Made by a program: the position numbers and the translations under genes
The notes under the pieces: model-generated
What the model was told of the DNA's origin: nothing
Databases searched by the model: none
Seen by the model: only the letters and a program-made list of their open reading frames with translations
From: Anaerolineae bacterium
GTDB lineage: Bacteria > Chloroflexota > Anaerolineae > UBA1429
Length of the DNA: 43,692 bases
NCBI GenBank assembly: GCA_049975585.1
Contig: JBNGEB010000003.1
Span: 1-43,692 of the forward strand
Direction of reading: 5' to 3'
Part shown: positions 22,762 to 31,322 of the stretch, in pieces
Layout: the number at the start of each line of letters is the position of its first letter
Numbering within the stretch: position 1 is the stretch's first letter

Positions 22762-23417
22762 GAAACGTCCTCTGTGGCGTTGCCCGCTCGGGCGAGGGTG
22801 GAGATGGCTTCGATGATAACGGGAATACCCCGCGCTAGGCAGTAGGCTGTCGCCAACCAGGCAACGGCCTGGAAGGCCCCCCTGGTGCTATCTACCACAG
22901 CTTGTGAGACCGACCCTCGCGCCGCATAGAGCTCCAGTGCACTGGTGAGGGCTAGCCCAGCAAAGGCCACGCATTTGATGATGGCATAGCTGGTGCGCAT
23001 CCATGGGCTCTTGACCAGGGCGCGGGAGGTCGGATGCTGGACGCTGTCAAAGGGGCGTTGCCCCTCGCTGACGTGAACGCTCCGCAGGGCGTCCACGATG
23101 GTGCCACGCACCACAAAGATGATGGGGATGACGACCGGGACCAGACCCAGATCGGATAGGCAGATCCAGAGCACCAGCTCCACTGTGCGATCGGCCATGA
23201 TGTCGAGGACGCTGCCCATCAGGGTGCTTTCGTCGCGAGCGCGCGCGACAATGCCGTCCACGGTATCCATGAGAATGAGCAGGACGATGAGAGGCGTCGC
23301 TGCGAGATGCCAGCCAGGCGACTGCGCGTACAGGAGGATGCTGACGAGGAAAAGCAGCGGAAGCCGCAGGATCGTAATCGTGTTAGCCATGTTGAGTCTC
23401 TTGGGGGCGCTGGTCAT
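22758..23417 (-). CDS. CDP-alcohol phosphatidyltransferase
   Basis: ANTITILR and DTVDGIVAR..ESTLMGSVLDIMADR signature; several TM segments. Confidence 0.92.
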   Translation of the reverse strand: MTSAPKRLNMANTITILRLPLLFLVSILLYAQSPGWHLAATPLIVLLILMDTVDGIVARARDESTLMGSVLDIMADRTVELVLWICLSDLGLVPVVIPIIFVVRGTIVDALRSVHVSEGQRPFDSVQHPTSRALVKSPWMRTSYAIIKCVAFAGLALTSALELYAARGSVSQAVVDSTRGAFQAVAWLATAYCLARGIPVIIEAISTLARAGNATEDVS

Positions 23418-24382
23418 GGCGCATCATCTCCTTGGTTTTCGCGCTGTTGGGCTTTGGCCGCCTCCCGCGCGCGCTTGAGGGCCTTTCTGCTGAAAGGATG
23501 AGCATCAGCCGCATCGGTCGCTTCCCAGATGATATCATGATCGCCCATGACTCGCGACAGCTCTTCCCAAAGGTGTCGGTGCTCCACAGGCGTGCCTTTG
23601 CTCGTAAGCCATCCGTTGCGTTCCCACTGGGCGAGCCAGCGGGTGGCTCCGTGGAGCACATAGTTGGACGCGGTGTGGATGCGAACCCGCGATCGGGTGC
23701 GGAGTTGCTGCAAGCCTTTGATGGCCGCATACAGTTCCGCTGCGTTGATGGTGGCGGAGGGCCAAGATCCGGCTACGACCTGGGGGCGTTCGCCGGCGCG
23801 CACGATGGTGGCGGCATAGCCTGCTGGTCCGGGGGTGCCAAGGACGCTAGCCCGCGTGTAGATCGCGACCTCCTCCAGATCCGGCGCCGGATGGTTGATA
23901 TCAGCGTCGCCCAACGCTTTGGAACGACCACGCCTAGCTAGCTCATCGGCACGCTCATTGAGCGAGTTCCCTGCATGGCCGCGCGTCCACCGCCAGTGGA
24001 CCTCGTGTCTGCTCGCCTGAAGGTCGAGCTCGCGCCAGAGGTCGGCGTTCTGAACTGCAGAGCCGTCGGCCTTGCGCCAATCTCGTCGCTTCCATGCATC
24101 CAGCCAACGCGTGATGCCGTTACGCACGTACATCGAATCCGTGACGACGGTCACGCTGCATGGGCGTTGCAGCCGTTTTAGGGCCTCGATGGCCGCCGTG
24201 AGCTCCATGCGGTTGTTCGTCGTATCCAGCTCGCCGCCCGAGAGCTCTTGGCGGTGCCGCCCAGAGAGCAGTACCGCCCCCCACCCTCCGGGACCGGGAT
24301 TGGGATCACATCCACCGTCGGTGTAGATGAGCACCTGAGTGGATGAGTGGTCCGATCGCGAGGATGCTTGCGCCATGGTCAC
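23414..24382 (-). CDS. rnhA: Ribonuclease HI with a second, degenerate RNase H domain
   Basis: Domain 1 has YTDGGC.NPGPGGWG, TTNNRMEL, VTDS, GHAG..NERADELA. Domain 2 repeats the fold. Confidence 0.92.
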   Translation of the reverse strand: MTMAQASSRSDHSSTQVLIYTDGGCDPNPGPGGWGAVLLSGRHRQELSGGELDTTNNRMELTAAIEALKRLQRPCSVTVVTDSMYVRNGITRWLDAWKRRDWRKADGSAVQNADLWRELDLQASRHEVHWRWTRGHAGNSLNERADELARRGRSKALGDADINHPAPDLEEVAIYTRASVLGTPGPAGYAATIVRAGERPQVVAGSWPSATINAAELYAAIKGLQQLRTRSRVRIHTASNYVLHGATRWLAQWERNGWLTSKGTPVEHRHLWEELSRVMGDHDIIWEATDAADAHPFSRKALKRAREAAKAQQRENQGDDAP

Positions 24383-25350
24383 TGCGCCATGATGCGGGCT
24401 AGCTCAAACAGCTCGAGATCGATGCCCTTGGTATGACCGACGATCTCGTCCAAGGGAGTGGTGATGACCCGGTCGCCCTGGAGGCCGACAAGGATGCCCG
24501 CTTGGCCGCTTAGTATGGCCCGGGCAGCCTTTTCGCCTAGGCGGGTGCCGAGAAGCCGGTCGGCGGCTGTGGGCCTCGCGCCACGCTGTACGTGTCCCAG
24601 AATGGTGGCGCGTAGGGCAAACCCGGTGTCGTCAGGATCCTCATCGAAATGCTTTAGCAAACGGGCTGCGTTATTCTTGGCGCCTTCGGCTACGACCACC
24701 ACGGCATGGGTCTTGCCTCGATCATAGGCGGCGCGGAGCTCATCTGCCACCTGCTCCGGGGCCAGTTCGTGTTCGGGCACCACCACGACCTCGGCGCCGC
24801 CGGCGATACCTGCCATAAGGGCTACATACCCGCACTTGCGGCCCATGACTTCTACGAGAAAGGCACGATGGTGAGATGCTGCGGTCACCTTGACGCGGTC
24901 GATCGCCTCGATGGCGACGTTGATGGCCGTATCAACGCCTATGGTGACGTCGGACCCAGCCAAGTCGTTGTCGATGGTTGAGGCGACCCCCACGACGGGG
25001 AAGCCCATCTGCGACAGAGCGTGGGAGCCAGTCTGTGAGCCATTGCCGCCGATGACAACCAGCCCCTCGATACCGCGTCGCTCAAGATGGCTGAGGGCCG
25101 TCTCGCGCCCTTTGACGGTGCGGAACTCCTCGCAGCGCGCGCTGCCAAGGATAGTACCCCCGTGCTGCATGATGCCGCCGACATCGCGTCGCGATAGGTA
25201 GCGCATATCGTCGGCGATCAAGCCTGCATAGCCGCCTTGGACACCAAAGACGTCGGCGCCCAGGTCATCGGCGGTACGCACGACGGCTCGGATAGCAGCA
25301 TTCATGCCGGGAGCATCCCCACCGCTGGTGAGGACGGCGATCTTGGTCAC
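24379..25350 (-). CDS. pfkA: 6-phosphofructokinase, PfkA family; start probably GTG 25350
   Basis: VLTSGGDAPGMNAAIR, GGTILGSAR, TIDND, VEVMGR, LGHVQRG. Confidence 0.93.
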   Translation of the reverse strand: MTKIAVLTSGGDAPGMNAAIRAVVRTADDLGADVFGVQGGYAGLIADDMRYLSRRDVGGIMQHGGTILGSARCEEFRTVKGRETALSHLERRGIEGLVVIGGNGSQTGSHALSQMGFPVVGVASTIDNDLAGSDVTIGVDTAINVAIEAIDRVKVTAASHHRAFLVEVMGRKCGYVALMAGIAGGAEVVVVPEHELAPEQVADELRAAYDRGKTHAVVVVAEGAKNNAARLLKHFDEDPDDTGFALRATILGHVQRGARPTAADRLLGTRLGEKAARAILSGQAGILVGLQGDRVITTPLDEIVGHTKGIDLELFELARIMAQ

Positions 25351-25478
25351 CAGGAGCAGCCTTTCCAAGAGTTGGTAGCGAGGGCGCTGACAGAGCCAAG
25401 CCAGACACTATTTATGCCACAAGGGAGCATGGCTGTCAAGCGCCAAGCTGCTCACGAGGAGGTAGCGCGCCCCCATCC

Positions 25479-25506
25479 TTGTCTCTCGCACATGCGGCAC
25501 TATAAT
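25479..25506 (+). promoter_or_regulatory. sigma70-type promoter for GNAT-HDAC
   Basis: TTGTCT-16 bp-TATAAT. Confidence 0.6.
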
Positions 25507-25606
25507 GACATTGGGGGGATACGGTCGTTGGCTAGCCGTGCACGTAGATAGGGAGATGACAGCTTGGGACACCGAGCAAGTGAGGAGCGGCACACAGAGG
25601 AGAAGA

Positions 25607-26506
25607 ATGATCGCTCTGATGACTGTTGGGCCTGAGGGTGCTTCGATCTTGGCGGATCTGGCGCGGGCGTGTGGGCTTGATGACTGGATTGATGCGCGCG
25701 CGGTGACCCGCTTTTTGCTGGCGGATCCCACTAGCCCGCCAGAGCTGCGCCTTTTGGCGGTATGCGACGGTATCCCTTGCGGGTTCGCTGGCGCCAGCTT
25801 GCGAGAGGGCCAGGCTGTGGTCCAGTTGTTCGGCGTCATCCCCGAGCACAGGCGTGAGGGAATCGGTACTCGTCTGCTGACGGAACTGGAGGCTCGTGCG
25901 AGGGATCGAGGCATCACGCGCATTCAAGTGACGGGGGTGCCTGGAGGCTACTTTTATCCTGGCGTGCCGCTTGACGCAACGCCCGCCATCTGTCTTCTGG
26001 AGAGGTGCGGCTACCGCACCGATCGGACGTGTCGCGTGGACATGGACGTCGATCTCACTACCGCGGACCTGAACACATCGGCGCGGGTTGAGGCCTTGGC
26101 GGGACAGGGGGTTCAGGTGCGGCGGGCGACGCGGTCAGAGGTGCCAGCAGTGGCTCGATTTGCCGAGCAGCACTTTTCTCGCGCTTGGGGCATCGAGGTC
26201 CAGGGCGCGGTTGCTGCGGACGCCGACGAGCCCCCGCTCTTTGCTGCATGGCACCAGGGCGAGGTCGTCAGCTTTGCGGTATATGATACCCTGGGCCATG
26301 CGCGATTCGGGCCGACGGGCACTCGGCCGGATATGCGTCAACGAGGGATCGGGACAGTCCTGCTAAAGCTGTGCCTGGCGTCGATGAGATCGCGCGGCGA
26401 TCTCCATGCCCAGATTATCTGGGTAGGGCCGATTGGGTTCTATGCCCGTGCTGTGAACGCGCGGATTCATCGTGCGTATTGGAGCTATGGCAAGGACCTA
26501 GCCTGA
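25607..26506 (+). CDS. Tandem-domain GNAT acetyltransferase; start probably ATG 25607
   Basis: Two acetyl-CoA motifs, VIPEHRREGIGTRLL and TRPDMRQRGIGTVLL. GAGGAG RBS. Confidence 0.85.
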   Translation: MIALMTVGPEGASILADLARACGLDDWIDARAVTRFLLADPTSPPELRLLAVCDGIPCGFAGASLREGQAVVQLFGVIPEHRREGIGTRLLTELEARARDRGITRIQVTGVPGGYFYPGVPLDATPAICLLERCGYRTDRTCRVDMDVDLTTADLNTSARVEALAGQGVQVRRATRSEVPAVARFAEQHFSRAWGIEVQGAVAADADEPPLFAAWHQGEVVSFAVYDTLGHARFGPTGTRPDMRQRGIGTVLLKLCLASMRSRGDLHAQIIWVGPIGFYARAVNARIHRAYWSYGKDLA

Positions 26507-26533
26507 GGCCAGCGTCCAGAGGGAGAAACGCGT

Positions 26534-27571
26534 GTGAGCGTTGGGTACCTGTACGATCCGGCCTTTCTTGAACACGATGCGGGCCTGGGGCATCCAGAAA
26601 GCCCGGCGCGCCTACGAGCCATCTTGGATCGTCTAGAGCGCAGCGGACTGGTCGAGCAGGTTCAGCGCCTGCCGGTGGTGCCTGCCGATGACGAGGATAT
26701 TCTACGCGTGCACGGCGTTACGCTATTGCAGCGCCTCAACCGGTTGACTGAAGTGGGGGGCGGGCGTCTGGACCCCGATACGAGCGTTGGGAGAGGATCG
26801 TACGTCGCCGCGCGGATGGCTGCCGGCGCGGCTCTCTGCGGGGCGCGCGACGTCTGGCGCGGCGATATTCAGCGTGTATTCGCGCTTACGCGTCCGCCCG
26901 GGCACCATGCGGAGCGGGAGCGGGCCATGGGGTTCTGCCTGCTCAACAACGTGGCCATCGCCGTACACTGGCTGCTGGCCAACGGTGCTCACAGGATTGC
27001 CATTGTGGATCTGGACGCTCACCATGGCAATGGCACGGCGGCAGCTTTTGCTGATGACGCGCGGGTCCTCTATGTCTCTATCCATCAGTACCCGTGGTAT
27101 CCGTCGACCGGTGACTGGCCTCAAATGGGGAGGGGAGCTGGCGAGGGGACGGAGCTGAACGTCCCTCTGCCGGCAGAGAGCGGCGATGCCAGCCTGCTTC
27201 TCGCCATGGACGAGATCGTCAGGCCCGCCATGCGCAAGTTCGCTCCTGAGATGATCCTGGTCTCCATGGGGTACGACGGTCATTGGGCCGATCCGCTGAC
27301 CTGGCTGCTCTACTCGCTGCGTGGCCTCTATTTGGCAGTGGCCCGACTCGTCGATCTATCTGAGGAACTGTGTAGGGGGCGCATGGCCCTTGTGCTCGAA
27401 GGAGGCTATGATCTGGAGGCTCTGGGGCATGGGGTCGCTGGTACGCTGTCGGCATTGCAAGGAAAAGACTATCCCGATCCTCTGGGCCCCGCTACAGAGC
27501 CCGAGCCTTCCATTGAGGCATTGGTAGCTAGGATCGCTTCTCGGCATCCCCTCTTGCGGGGGGATGACTAG
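26534..27571 (+). CDS. Zn-dependent histone deacetylase family protein
   Basis: HPESPARL, RPPGHHA, GFCLLNN, DLDAHHGNGT, GYDGHWADPL, LEGGY all intact. Confidence 0.95.
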   Translation: MSVGYLYDPAFLEHDAGLGHPESPARLRAILDRLERSGLVEQVQRLPVVPADDEDILRVHGVTLLQRLNRLTEVGGGRLDPDTSVGRGSYVAARMAAGAALCGARDVWRGDIQRVFALTRPPGHHAERERAMGFCLLNNVAIAVHWLLANGAHRIAIVDLDAHHGNGTAAAFADDARVLYVSIHQYPWYPSTGDWPQMGRGAGEGTELNVPLPAESGDASLLLAMDEIVRPAMRKFAPEMILVSMGYDGHWADPLTWLLYSLRGLYLAVARLVDLSEELCRGRMALVLEGGYDLEALGHGVAGTLSALQGKDYPDPLGPATEPEPSIEALVARIASRHPLLRGDD

Positions 27572-27628
27572 CCGTTGTGTCGGCCGTCTATCAACTGCTG
27601 AAGGCTCAATATGGCGGTTTGGCGATCT

Positions 27629-27657
27629 TTGACGGTCTCGACGGGCTATGCCATACT
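27629..27657 (+). promoter_or_regulatory. sigma70-type promoter
   Basis: TTGACG-17 bp-CATACT with an upstream TG. Confidence 0.6.
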
Positions 27658-27693
27658 TTGTGTTGGATTTGGGTTAGAAGCTCGGAGTGATCC

Positions 27694-28638
27694 ATGCAGA
27701 GGCAAGGCCAAGCAACGACAATGTCGGCCGAGGAGGTGCGCAAGGCCATCCGGCGTCTCGAGATCGACGTCGTGAACTACCGAGGCAAGGGACGTGAGAT
27801 CCTGGACGTTCTGGATCTTCGGGACGATGTTGAGGAGGCGCTAGCAGCTTTGGAGATAACCGGCCTCGACGTGCGGCCTGAGCAAAGCCGCCTAGCGTTC
27901 GTCGACGGCAAGATAGACCAGTATGCTCGCAAGCTGCTCAGAGAGATTGGTGGGCCGGGTGTGATGGCCAAGGCTCGTGAGGAGCGTCTGGCTCCCTCGG
28001 ATCGGTGGTGGTGGTTCCTGGACCAGCGTCTGGCCGACAGGCTCAGGCGCTCCGTTCGCCGCGCGATCATCACGGTGCTGGCTATCGTCGTTGTGGTGGG
28101 AGGCGGGCTCCTGCTGGCGGATCGTCTGTGGGGACTCTCGCCTGAGGAGAAGGAGGCGCACGCCCTTGTGATGGAGGGGGAGCGCATGATCTCCGAGGGC
28201 GAGCTCGAGCAAGCTATCGAAACCTACGAGCAGGCGCTGAGCCTTACGCCCAACGATCCCGAGGTGCTTCTCTACCTGGGCATGCTCTATGAAGAGACTG
28301 GTCAGCAGGTGCAGGCTGACGAGACGTACGCCGAGGCGCGCCGCGCAATTGGCGACGACGTCGAGTTCTATGTGAGTCTGGCGCAAATCTATGTGATCAC
28401 TGGCAAGGCAGAGCGTGTGATCGAGGCGGCTAATGAGGCGTTGGCTCTCGATGAGGAGAGTGCCCGGGCTTATTATGTACGAGCTACGGGCTATGAGATG
28501 CAGAACGAGCTCGCACTGGCACTGGAGGATCTCGACCTCGCGGCCGAGCTCTCTCGTGAGGTCAACGACACGCTGTATGTAATGGCCAAGACGCGCTATG
28601 CGAATCTGCTGGAACGCGCGGCGGCCACGAATCGGTAG
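27694..28638 (+). CDS. Single-TM tetratricopeptide repeat protein
   Basis: Helical N-domain ending WWWFLD, TM AIITVLAIVVVVGGGLLLA, TPR repeats such as AIETYEQALSLTPNDPEVLLYLG. Confidence 0.85.
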   Translation: MQRQGQATTMSAEEVRKAIRRLEIDVVNYRGKGREILDVLDLRDDVEEALAALEITGLDVRPEQSRLAFVDGKIDQYARKLLREIGGPGVMAKAREERLAPSDRWWWFLDQRLADRLRRSVRRAIITVLAIVVVVGGGLLLADRLWGLSPEEKEAHALVMEGERMISEGELEQAIETYEQALSLTPNDPEVLLYLGMLYEETGQQVQADETYAEARRAIGDDVEFYVSLAQIYVITGKAERVIEAANEALALDEESARAYYVRATGYEMQNELALALEDLDLAAELSREVNDTLYVMAKTRYANLLERAAATNR

Positions 28639-28682
28639 CAGGCTCGGTCGCCTTGGGACATCGGGCGCGGGCAGGCGCGGGT

Positions 28683-28711
28683 TTGTGAGCCCCTGGCGGC
28701 TATGCTATACT
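28683..28711 (+). promoter_or_regulatory. tRNA promoter
   Basis: TTGTGA-17 bp-TATACT with an extended TG. Confidence 0.65.
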
Positions 28712-28723
28712 CTTCTGCGGCGC

Positions 28724-28808
28724 GGAGAGGTCGCATAGTCCGGCCGAGTGCGCACGATTGGAAATCGTGTAGGCGCAAGCCTCGCGGGTTCAAATCCCGC
28801 CCTCTCCG
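28724..28808 (+). tRNA. tRNA-Ser(GGA); CCA not fully encoded (ends GCCT)
   Basis: Acceptor stem GGAGAGG/CCTCTCC, discriminator G, anticodon arm CACGA-TTGGAAA-TCGTG, long variable arm AGGC-GCAA-GCCT, T-arm GCGGG-TTCAAAT-CCCGC. Confidence 0.97.
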
Positions 28809-28843
28809 CCTTTTTCCTTGGTGCGACATTTCCATTACAGCGG

Positions 28844-28874
28844 CGCTGGCGCGATGGCGCCAGCGTTTGTGTTT
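28844..28874 (+). terminator. Intrinsic terminator after tRNA-Ser
   Basis: CGCTGGCGC-GATG-GCGCCAGCG followed by TTTGTGTTT. Confidence 0.7.
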
Positions 28875-28889
28875 GGGAGGTAGTCTGCC

Positions 28890-30950
28890 GTGCTTTTTTG
28901 TAACAGAAAGCCCCCAGCCGGCTTTGCACCGGCGAGAGCTGCCGCTCAGCTATCCCTGGAGGCCGATCTGGCGGCTCTTGTGGGCCCGGCTCGCTTTCGC
29001 GAGCACCTCAAGGCTATCAGCAGCGAGCCGCATCCGGCAGCATCAGCGGCCAACGCTCGGGTGGCCGCCTATCTAGCGACGGTTATGCGAGAGGCTGGGT
29101 GGCAAGTCGCATCTCCTACGTATGACGTGTATCTGCCCGCGGCGTCATCGTCCCATGTGACGCTTGTCACGCCGATCCGCCGCCCGCTGAACCAGCAAGA
29201 GAACATTCACGCCGAGGACCCATATTCGGCCCACAAGGATCTCGGTCCAGCCTGGCTGGCGTACACGGGATCGGGCGATGTCACGGGCGAGGTCGTCTAT
29301 GCGAACTATGGGCGACGCGAGGATTTCGATCGGCTAGCCGATCTTGGTGTCGACTTGTCGGGCAAGGTCGCCATCGCCCGCTATGGCGGTAACTTTCGTG
29401 GATTCAAGGCTCGCTATGCAGAGGAAGCGGGTGCCGCTGCTCTGCTCATCTACTCGGATCCAGCCGATGGCGGCTATACCTCGGGGCCACCGTATCCCGA
29501 GGGACGTTGGCTGAATGATAGCGTCGTGCAGCGCGGCTCCTTGCTTACGTTGCCCTATCCTGGCGATCCGCTCTCCCCTGGGCAAGCCGCATTGGCGGAG
29601 GATCGAGGGGAACCCCCGCGAAGGCTTTCTCCAGACGAGGTCGAGATGCCGGGGATTCCTGTCGCCGCGTTGCCCTACGCCTCGGCAGCAGAGATCCTCG
29701 GTCGCATGGCCGGCGCGAGCGTGCCGGACGGATGGCAGGGAGGGCTTCCGTACGCTTACCGGCTCGAGGGAGGACCTGACCTGACCGTGCGGGTGCAGGT
29801 CAGCCAGACCTTCCAGCAGCGACGCATCACGAACGTGGTGGGCACCTTGCGTGGGACCTCCGAGCCGGAGCGCTGGATCGTCTTGGGTTGTCACTATGAT
29901 GCATGGACCTTTGGGGCCGCGGATCCCAACAGCGGTACGGCCATGCTCTTGCTCCTAGCGGAAGCGTTGGGCGCTCTGGCTAGCGAGGGGCGGGGGCCAA
30001 GTAGGAGCATTGTCATCGGACACTGGGATGCTGAGGAGCTTGGCGTCATCGGCTCGGTGGAGTGGGTCGAGGAGTGGCTCCCTCAGATCCGGTCGGGTGC
30101 CGTGGCGTACCTGAACGCCGACATGGCGGCGACCGGCCGCAAGTTCGGAGCGAGTGGCTCGCCGCTGTTGCGCGGCCCTCTGGCTGCTGTCGCTGACGGG
30201 GTGAAGGCGCTGGACGGGTCCGGCTCTGCGTACGAACAGTGGGCGGCCGAGTCGGATGGCGAGGGCCCCCCATGGGGCATTCCGGGGGGCGGTTCGGACC
30301 ACGTGGCCTTTTGGGCTCGAGCGGGCGTGCCGGTAGCGCAGGCATCCTTCACTAGCAAGGTGCCAGTGTACCATAGCGCCTATGACAACCTGAGCTGGTA
30401 CGAACGCTTCGGGGATCCTGAGTGGACCTCCGGTCCTGCTCTGGCGGCGCTGGACGGTGCGCTGGCGCTGCGTCTGGCCAATGCGGACATCCTGCCGCTG
30501 GACGCATCGGTGTATGCCGAGGATATCGGCGGGCACCTCGACGCCTTGGATGCGCGCGCGAAGGAGCTCGAGTTTGACGTCGATCTCAGTGAGATCTGGG
30601 GTGCTGCCGAACGACTAGGCGCTGAGGCGCGTGCATGGCAGGCTGCTCGCGATGAATACCTGGCAGCAGGGCACATCGACGAAGCCGTGATGAACGAGGT
30701 GAACGCATGTCTGCTAGCGCTTGATCGCCAGTTCCTCTGGGAGGAAGGCTTGCCCGATAGGCCCTGGTATCGGTCACAGTATGCGGCGCCCGATCCCGTG
30801 GATGGCTATGGTACGTGGCCACTGCCAGCGCTGCGTCACGCGGTGGAAGCCAAGGACGAACGGGCGCTAGCAACTTGGCAAGGGCGGCTGGCGGAGGCCA
30901 TCGTCTCCGCTACCGCTCTGCTAAAGACAGCTCGTGCAGTTCTCGCATGA
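28890..30950 (+). CDS. M28 peptidase, glutamate carboxypeptidase II-like (PA, catalytic and TfR-dimer domains)
   Basis: VYANYGR.EDF, IARYG, IYSDPAD, VQRGS, HYDAW, DPNSGTA, WDAEE, GGSDH, YHS.YD. GGGAGGT RBS. Confidence 0.92.
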   Translation: MLFCNRKPPAGFAPARAAAQLSLEADLAALVGPARFREHLKAISSEPHPAASAANARVAAYLATVMREAGWQVASPTYDVYLPAASSSHVTLVTPIRRPLNQQENIHAEDPYSAHKDLGPAWLAYTGSGDVTGEVVYANYGRREDFDRLADLGVDLSGKVAIARYGGNFRGFKARYAEEAGAAALLIYSDPADGGYTSGPPYPEGRWLNDSVVQRGSLLTLPYPGDPLSPGQAALAEDRGEPPRRLSPDEVEMPGIPVAALPYASAAEILGRMAGASVPDGWQGGLPYAYRLEGGPDLTVRVQVSQTFQQRRITNVVGTLRGTSEPERWIVLGCHYDAWTFGAADPNSGTAMLLLLAEALGALASEGRGPSRSIVIGHWDAEELGVIGSVEWVEEWLPQIRSGAVAYLNADMAATGRKFGASGSPLLRGPLAAVADGVKALDGSGSAYEQWAAESDGEGPPWGIPGGGSDHVAFWARAGVPVAQASFTSKVPVYHSAYDNLSWYERFGDPEWTSGPALAALDGALALRLANADILPLDASVYAEDIGGHLDALDARAKELEFDVDLSEIWGAAERLGAEARAWQAARDEYLAAGHIDEAVMNEVNACLLALDRQFLWEEGLPDRPWYRSQYAAPDPVDGYGTWPLPALRHAVEAKDERALATWQGRLAEAIVSATALLKTARAVLA

Positions 30951-30961
30951 GACAGCCAACT

Positions 30962-30990
30962 TTGACAGGGCCTTGAGGCTAGACTACGAT
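30962..30990 (+). promoter_or_regulatory. Promoter of the SRP RNA
   Basis: TTGACA-17 bp-TACGAT, ending 5 nt before the RNA 5' end. Confidence 0.85.
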
Positions 30991-30995
30991 TAGGT

Positions 30996-31268
30996 GTGGT
31001 CGTGCTAGATGGGGAGCTAGCGGTGCCCTGTACCCGCAACCCGCTCTAGCGGGATCGAAATCCCTCTCGCGGGGCGCTTCTGCGCAGGTGACGTTCGGTC
31101 ACGTGGTGCGGAGGATTGGGTCCCGCGCGGCAAAGGCCTGTGAACCCCGCCAGGTCCGGGAGGAAGCAGCGGTAAGCAGATCCCTTTGGGTGACGCGGGA
31201 GTGCCTGGTCTGAGCCGGCGAACCGGACAGCCTCGTACGGAGCGTAACAACAGAGGGTGCACGGCCAC
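30996..31268 (+). ncRNA. ffs: Signal recognition particle RNA, large bacterial type with Alu domain
   Basis: Terminal pairing GTGGTCGTGC/GCACGGCCAC; Alu segment GGGGAGCTAGCGGTGCCCTGTACCCGCAACCCGCTCTAGCGGG; helix 8 CAGGTCC-GGGA-GGAAGCAGC. Confidence 0.95.
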
Positions 31269-31277
31269 TGGAACTAT

Positions 31278-31306
31278 AGCGGCGGGAGGACATTCCCGCC
31301 GCTTTT
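31278..31306 (+). terminator. SRP RNA terminator
   Basis: AGCGGCGGGA / TCCCGCCGCT stem with a T tail. Confidence 0.8.
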
Positions 31307-31322
31307 CGCCGGGAGATGCGGT

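Noticed and set aside
28724-30960. Genomic island integrated at tRNA-Ser
   Set aside because: No integrase, no repeat of the tRNA 3' end and no obvious compositional shift.
30996-31268. Alu domain and GGGA tetraloop of the SRP RNA as novelty
   Set aside because: Large SRP RNAs are known in several bacterial phyla and GGGA fits the GNRA consensus.
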